Positions 60,734 through 64,000 of a stretch of DNA of 64,000 nucleotides are shown here, in pieces (position 1 is the stretch's first letter; every line of letters begins with the position of its first letter). The translations under genes and the position numbers were made by a program. Below the pieces are notes generated by a model. It searched no databases. It was not told where the DNA came from and saw only the letters and a program-made list of their open reading frames with translations. Source of the DNA: an uncultured Pelagibacteraceae bacterium (lineage in GTDB: Bacteria; Pseudomonadota; Alphaproteobacteria; Pelagibacterales; Pelagibacteraceae); assembly GCA_902542855.1 (NCBI GenBank), contig CACBWE010000002.1, positions 118 through 64,117 on the forward strand, read 5' to 3'.

Positions 60734-62359
60734 ATGATTAATAAAAATTCCTTTGGCATTTTAGGTCAATTTTATTTTAATATAAAAGAAAGTTTTAAAT
60801 CAATATACCAAAATTCAAATTTTTACGAAAAAAAAATATCAAAAACTTTTGATAATAGTTTTGAATATAAACCAAGTCCTCATTTGCTTTCGTCTATAAT
60901 AAAATATCAGAATAAAAAATACAAAATTGAAGACTTTGCTATTGAATCAATTTGGCAAAATAATTTAAGCTCAAAGGATTATGAAAAATTAAATAATTTT
61001 TTCTGGTTTTTTAGCTTAGATTTAAAATCTTCAAAAAAAACTACACAAACGGTTATAAAAAATTGGATTTCAAATAATAGTAAATATCAGAAAAAAAGCT
61101 GGCAATTCGATTTAACAGCAAAAAGAATTATTTCATGGTTATCAAATCATCAACTAACTTATGAAGATAGTGACCAAGAATATAGATCCATTTTTGATCA
61201 TATGATTCAAAAACAAACTAATCATTTGTTAAATGAAATCAATAACTCAAAAGAATTGGAGAATAAGATGATTGGGTGCGCTGCAATCATTTTAACTGGA
61301 TTAGCTTACAAAAATGAAAAACAATATCTTGTAAATGGATTAAATTTATTAAAAAATATCATTAAATCCTCGATTGATAATCAAGGCTTTCCAAAATCAA
61401 GAAATATCCGACAACTTATATTTTATTTAAAATATTTTATTATTATTAGGGAGTGGTTTAAAGGATCTCAAAGTTTAATTCCTGAATATATTGATGAAAA
61501 CATTTATTATTTAGGGTCAAGTTACGCTTTTATATGGCAAAATATAAAGCAAGATATTTTTTTTAATGGTAATTATTTTTCTGAAAATAGAGAATTTGAT
61601 CAATATTTAAAAAGGTTTGGTTATTCTTTTAAAAGTCAAATCAATGAACTTGGTGGATATGCAGTACTAAAAAATAAAAAGATAATTCTTGCTGCTGATA
61701 TTGGATCTAGTCCCAATAAAACCTTTTCCAATGACTATCAAGCAGGTGCCTTATCATTTGAAATATTTTCTAATGATAAAAAATTAATTTCTAATGCAGG
61801 TTACTATTCAGATAAAAATAATAAATTTAATAAATTATCAAGAAGTACAGCTTTACATTGTGCTTTAACAATTGAAGATTATTCTTCTTGTAATTTTATT
61901 AAGCATCAAAAAAATTTGATTGTTGATAAAGGACTGAAAGTATCAAAAAAAAATGTAGTTTTTGAAAATAATTACTGGAAAATATCAGGTACACATGATG
62001 GATATTTAATTAAATTTGGAGCCATTTATGAGAGAGAAATTGAGTTCTACCCAGAACAAATGAAATTTATTGGCTATGATAAGTTATTTAGAAAAATTTC
62101 AAATAAAGAAATTAAGTTTGATATTAGATTTCATCTTGATCCGAACTCAAAAGTGATGAAAACACAAGATAACAAATCTATACTAATTGAATTAGAAGAG
62201 GAAGGTTGGAAATTTAGTTGTGATAAATTTGATATTAATATTGATAATGGTTTATATTTCGGTAATAAAAATTCATATAAAGAAAACCAAAATATTTTTA
62301 TCTCAGGAATGAACAATGAAAAAGAGCAGATAATTAAGTGGGAGATAAGTAAATTATAA
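60734..62359 (+). CDS. Heparinase II/III-family protein
   Basis: HQAGALSFE-like (YQAGALSFE), RSTALH, HDGY, IRFHL; usual alphaproteobacterial position upstream of purH. Confidence 0.75.
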   Translation: MINKNSFGILGQFYFNIKESFKSIYQNSNFYEKKISKTFDNSFEYKPSPHLLSSIIKYQNKKYKIEDFAIESIWQNNLSSKDYEKLNNFFWFFSLDLKSSKKTTQTVIKNWISNNSKYQKKSWQFDLTAKRIISWLSNHQLTYEDSDQEYRSIFDHMIQKQTNHLLNEINNSKELENKMIGCAAIILTGLAYKNEKQYLVNGLNLLKNIIKSSIDNQGFPKSRNIRQLIFYLKYFIIIREWFKGSQSLIPEYIDENIYYLGSSYAFIWQNIKQDIFFNGNYFSENREFDQYLKRFGYSFKSQINELGGYAVLKNKKIILAADIGSSPNKTFSNDYQAGALSFEIFSNDKKLISNAGYYSDKNNKFNKLSRSTALHCALTIEDYSSCNFIKHQKNLIVDKGLKVSKKNVVFENNYWKISGTHDGYLIKFGAIYEREIEFYPEQMKFIGYDKLFRKISNKEIKFDIRFHLDPNSKVMKTQDNKSILIELEEEGWKFSCDKFDINIDNGLYFGNKNSYKENQNIFISGMNNEKEQIIKWEISKL

Positions 62360-63897
62360 TGAAGAAAAAAATCAGAACAGCTCTTATTTCTATATCAGAT
62401 AAAAATAACTTAAAACCATTGTTGAATATTTTAAAAAAGAACAAAGTTAAAATAATTAGCTCGGGAGGTACTTACAAAGAAATTAAAAGGTTAAAATTTA
62501 ACTGTTTAGAAGTATCTGATTTTACCAATTCACGTGAGATTTTGGAGGGTAGAGTAAAAACTCTTCATCCAAAAATCCATGCAGGAATTTTAAATAAGAG
62601 AGAGAAAAAATCTCACTTAAAAGATCTAAAAGATAATGGTTTTGAGAATATTGATTTAGTCATTGTTAATTTTTATCCATTTGAAAACACTCTTAAAAAA
62701 ACAAAAAACCATAAAAAAATTATAGAAAATATTGATGTAGGTGGCCCTACAATGGTTAGGTCTGCAGCTAAAAACTATAATGATGTGACAGTAATAACTT
62801 CTTCAGACCAGTATGGGGAATTAATTGAAGAATTAAAAAAGTTCAAAGGATCTACTTCCTTAAGTTTTAGGGAAAAACTATCAAGAATAGCTTTTACTGA
62901 AACAGCTTATTATGACTCTGTTATTTCTGACTATTTTAATAAAAAAACAAATACTATTTTTCCTAAGAAAAAAGTTTTGCATGGAAATCTTACAGAAAAA
63001 CTTAGATACGGAGAAAATCCTCATCAACAAAGTGCAATCTATTCAAGTAGTTCGAATACAAATTTAAAACAAATTCATGGAAAACAACTAAGTTATAACA
63101 ATTATAATGACATATTTAGTGCTTTAACTATTTCAAGATCTTTACCAAAGGGTAAAGGAACAGTCATAGTTAAACATGCAAATCCATGTGGTGTTTCTAT
63201 TAAAAATGATCATTTAGAAAGTTATAAATCTGCTCTTTCTTGTGATCCGGTAAGTGCTTTTGGTGGAATAGTTTCTTGTAATTTTAAAATTACTAAAAAT
63301 TTAGCTTTAGAATTAAATAAATTATTTTTAGAAGTAATTATCGCAAATGGATTTGAAAGTAGTGCTATCAAAATATTAAAAGCTAAAAAAAACTTAAGAC
63401 TAATTGATGGAACAAATTACTCATCGGAAGAACTTCTTAAATTTGTATCATTCAACCAAAATATAATGATACAATCAGAGGACCTAAATTTATTTTCAAC
63501 TAAAAATTTTAAAATCGTTTCAAAACAAAAACCAACATCAAAACAACTTAAAAATCTTATTTTTGCTTTCAATGTATGCAGGTATGTCAAATCAAACGCC
63601 ATAGTCTTAGCATCAAACGAAACCACTGTTGGTATTGGCTCTGGTCAACCAAGTAGATTAGATAGTTGTCAAATAGCAATAAATAAAATGAAAAAATTTA
63701 ATCTTCAGAAAGATAACTTAGTTGCTGCCTCAGATGCTTTTTTTCCATTTGTAGATGGTATCGAAAAATTAGTCCAATCAGGTGTTAGAGCTGTTATTCA
63801 ACCATCTGGATCAATAAGAGATAAAGAAATAATTAAATTTGCAAACGAGACTGGCACTGTGCTTCTTTTTTCAAACACAAGACACTTTAGGCATTAG
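62359..63897 (+). CDS. purH: Bifunctional AICAR transformylase/IMP cyclohydrolase
   Basis: GRVKTLHP, IDVGGP, LRYGENPHQ, KHANPCG, SDAFFPF, RHFRH. Confidence 0.98.
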   Translation: MKKKIRTALISISDKNNLKPLLNILKKNKVKIISSGGTYKEIKRLKFNCLEVSDFTNSREILEGRVKTLHPKIHAGILNKREKKSHLKDLKDNGFENIDLVIVNFYPFENTLKKTKNHKKIIENIDVGGPTMVRSAAKNYNDVTVITSSDQYGELIEELKKFKGSTSLSFREKLSRIAFTETAYYDSVISDYFNKKTNTIFPKKKVLHGNLTEKLRYGENPHQQSAIYSSSSNTNLKQIHGKQLSYNNYNDIFSALTISRSLPKGKGTVIVKHANPCGVSIKNDHLESYKSALSCDPVSAFGGIVSCNFKITKNLALELNKLFLEVIIANGFESSAIKILKAKKNLRLIDGTNYSSEELLKFVSFNQNIMIQSEDLNLFSTKNFKIVSKQKPTSKQLKNLIFAFNVCRYVKSNAIVLASNETTVGIGSGQPSRLDSCQIAINKMKKFNLQKDNLVAASDAFFPFVDGIEKLVQSGVRAVIQPSGSIRDKEIIKFANETGTVLLFSNTRHFRH

Positions 63898-64000
63898 ATA
63901 TTTTATCTATTTTTGCAGCTAGAATAAAATCACTCTCAGCTAGACCCTTTATCGCATGCGTAAATATTTTAATTCTCGCATAACCCCACCCAAACCATAG
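63887..64000 (-). CDS. phhB: Pterin-4-alpha-carbinolamine dehydratase, 3' end only (absent from the ORF track)
   Basis: Minus strand reads LWFGWGYARIKIFTHAIKGLAESDFILAAKIDKISNA*. Confidence 0.85.
   Translation of the reverse strand, partial: LWFGWGYARIKIFTHAIKGLAESDFILAAKIDKISNA

Noticed and set aside
60734-62359. Heparinase II/III-like gene as evidence of polysaccharide degradation
   Set aside because: It sits in the conserved position upstream of purH, has no signal peptide and has no associated sugar-utilisation genes

Overview
A very AT-rich, gene-dense bacterial chromosome segment with tiny intergenic spacers. Gene content and order point to a streamlined marine alphaproteobacterium, most likely Candidatus Pelagibacter/SAR11 (inferred). 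Contents in order: end of dapF and ftsY; an MFS/hydrolase group and a GGT-family enzyme; a ~23 kb minus-strand carbon-uptake block (two TRAP systems with an amidase, a polyol/sugar ABC system with a Zn-dehydrogenase, mmsB, a 2-hydroxyacid dehydrogenase, an FAD-linked oxidase, an aminotransferase and two tandem lldD-like genes); pagL-like and ccmCDEFGH; hspQ to argG; a light/UV cluster with two unusual photolyases; a dehalogenase-TauD/TfdA-AEC module; folD to hemC; tsaD-EVE-acs; an ActP-like symporter; rpe, a heparinase-like gene, purH and a partial phhB. I saw no rRNA, tRNA, CRISPR array or mobile element. Best leads: (1) the haloacetate/fluoroacetate dehalogenase module; (2) a candidate structured RNA with an exposed anti-SD loop upstream of ccmC; (3) two divergent TRAP binding proteins sharing promoter, 5'UTR and Tat leader; (4) a histone-like tail on Acs; (5) an inverted-domain photolyase paired with an FeS-less (6-4) photolyase; (6) a DctM with a large coiled-coil extension; (7) an SDR pseudogene scar. 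All calls come from reading motifs by eye; no database search was run.
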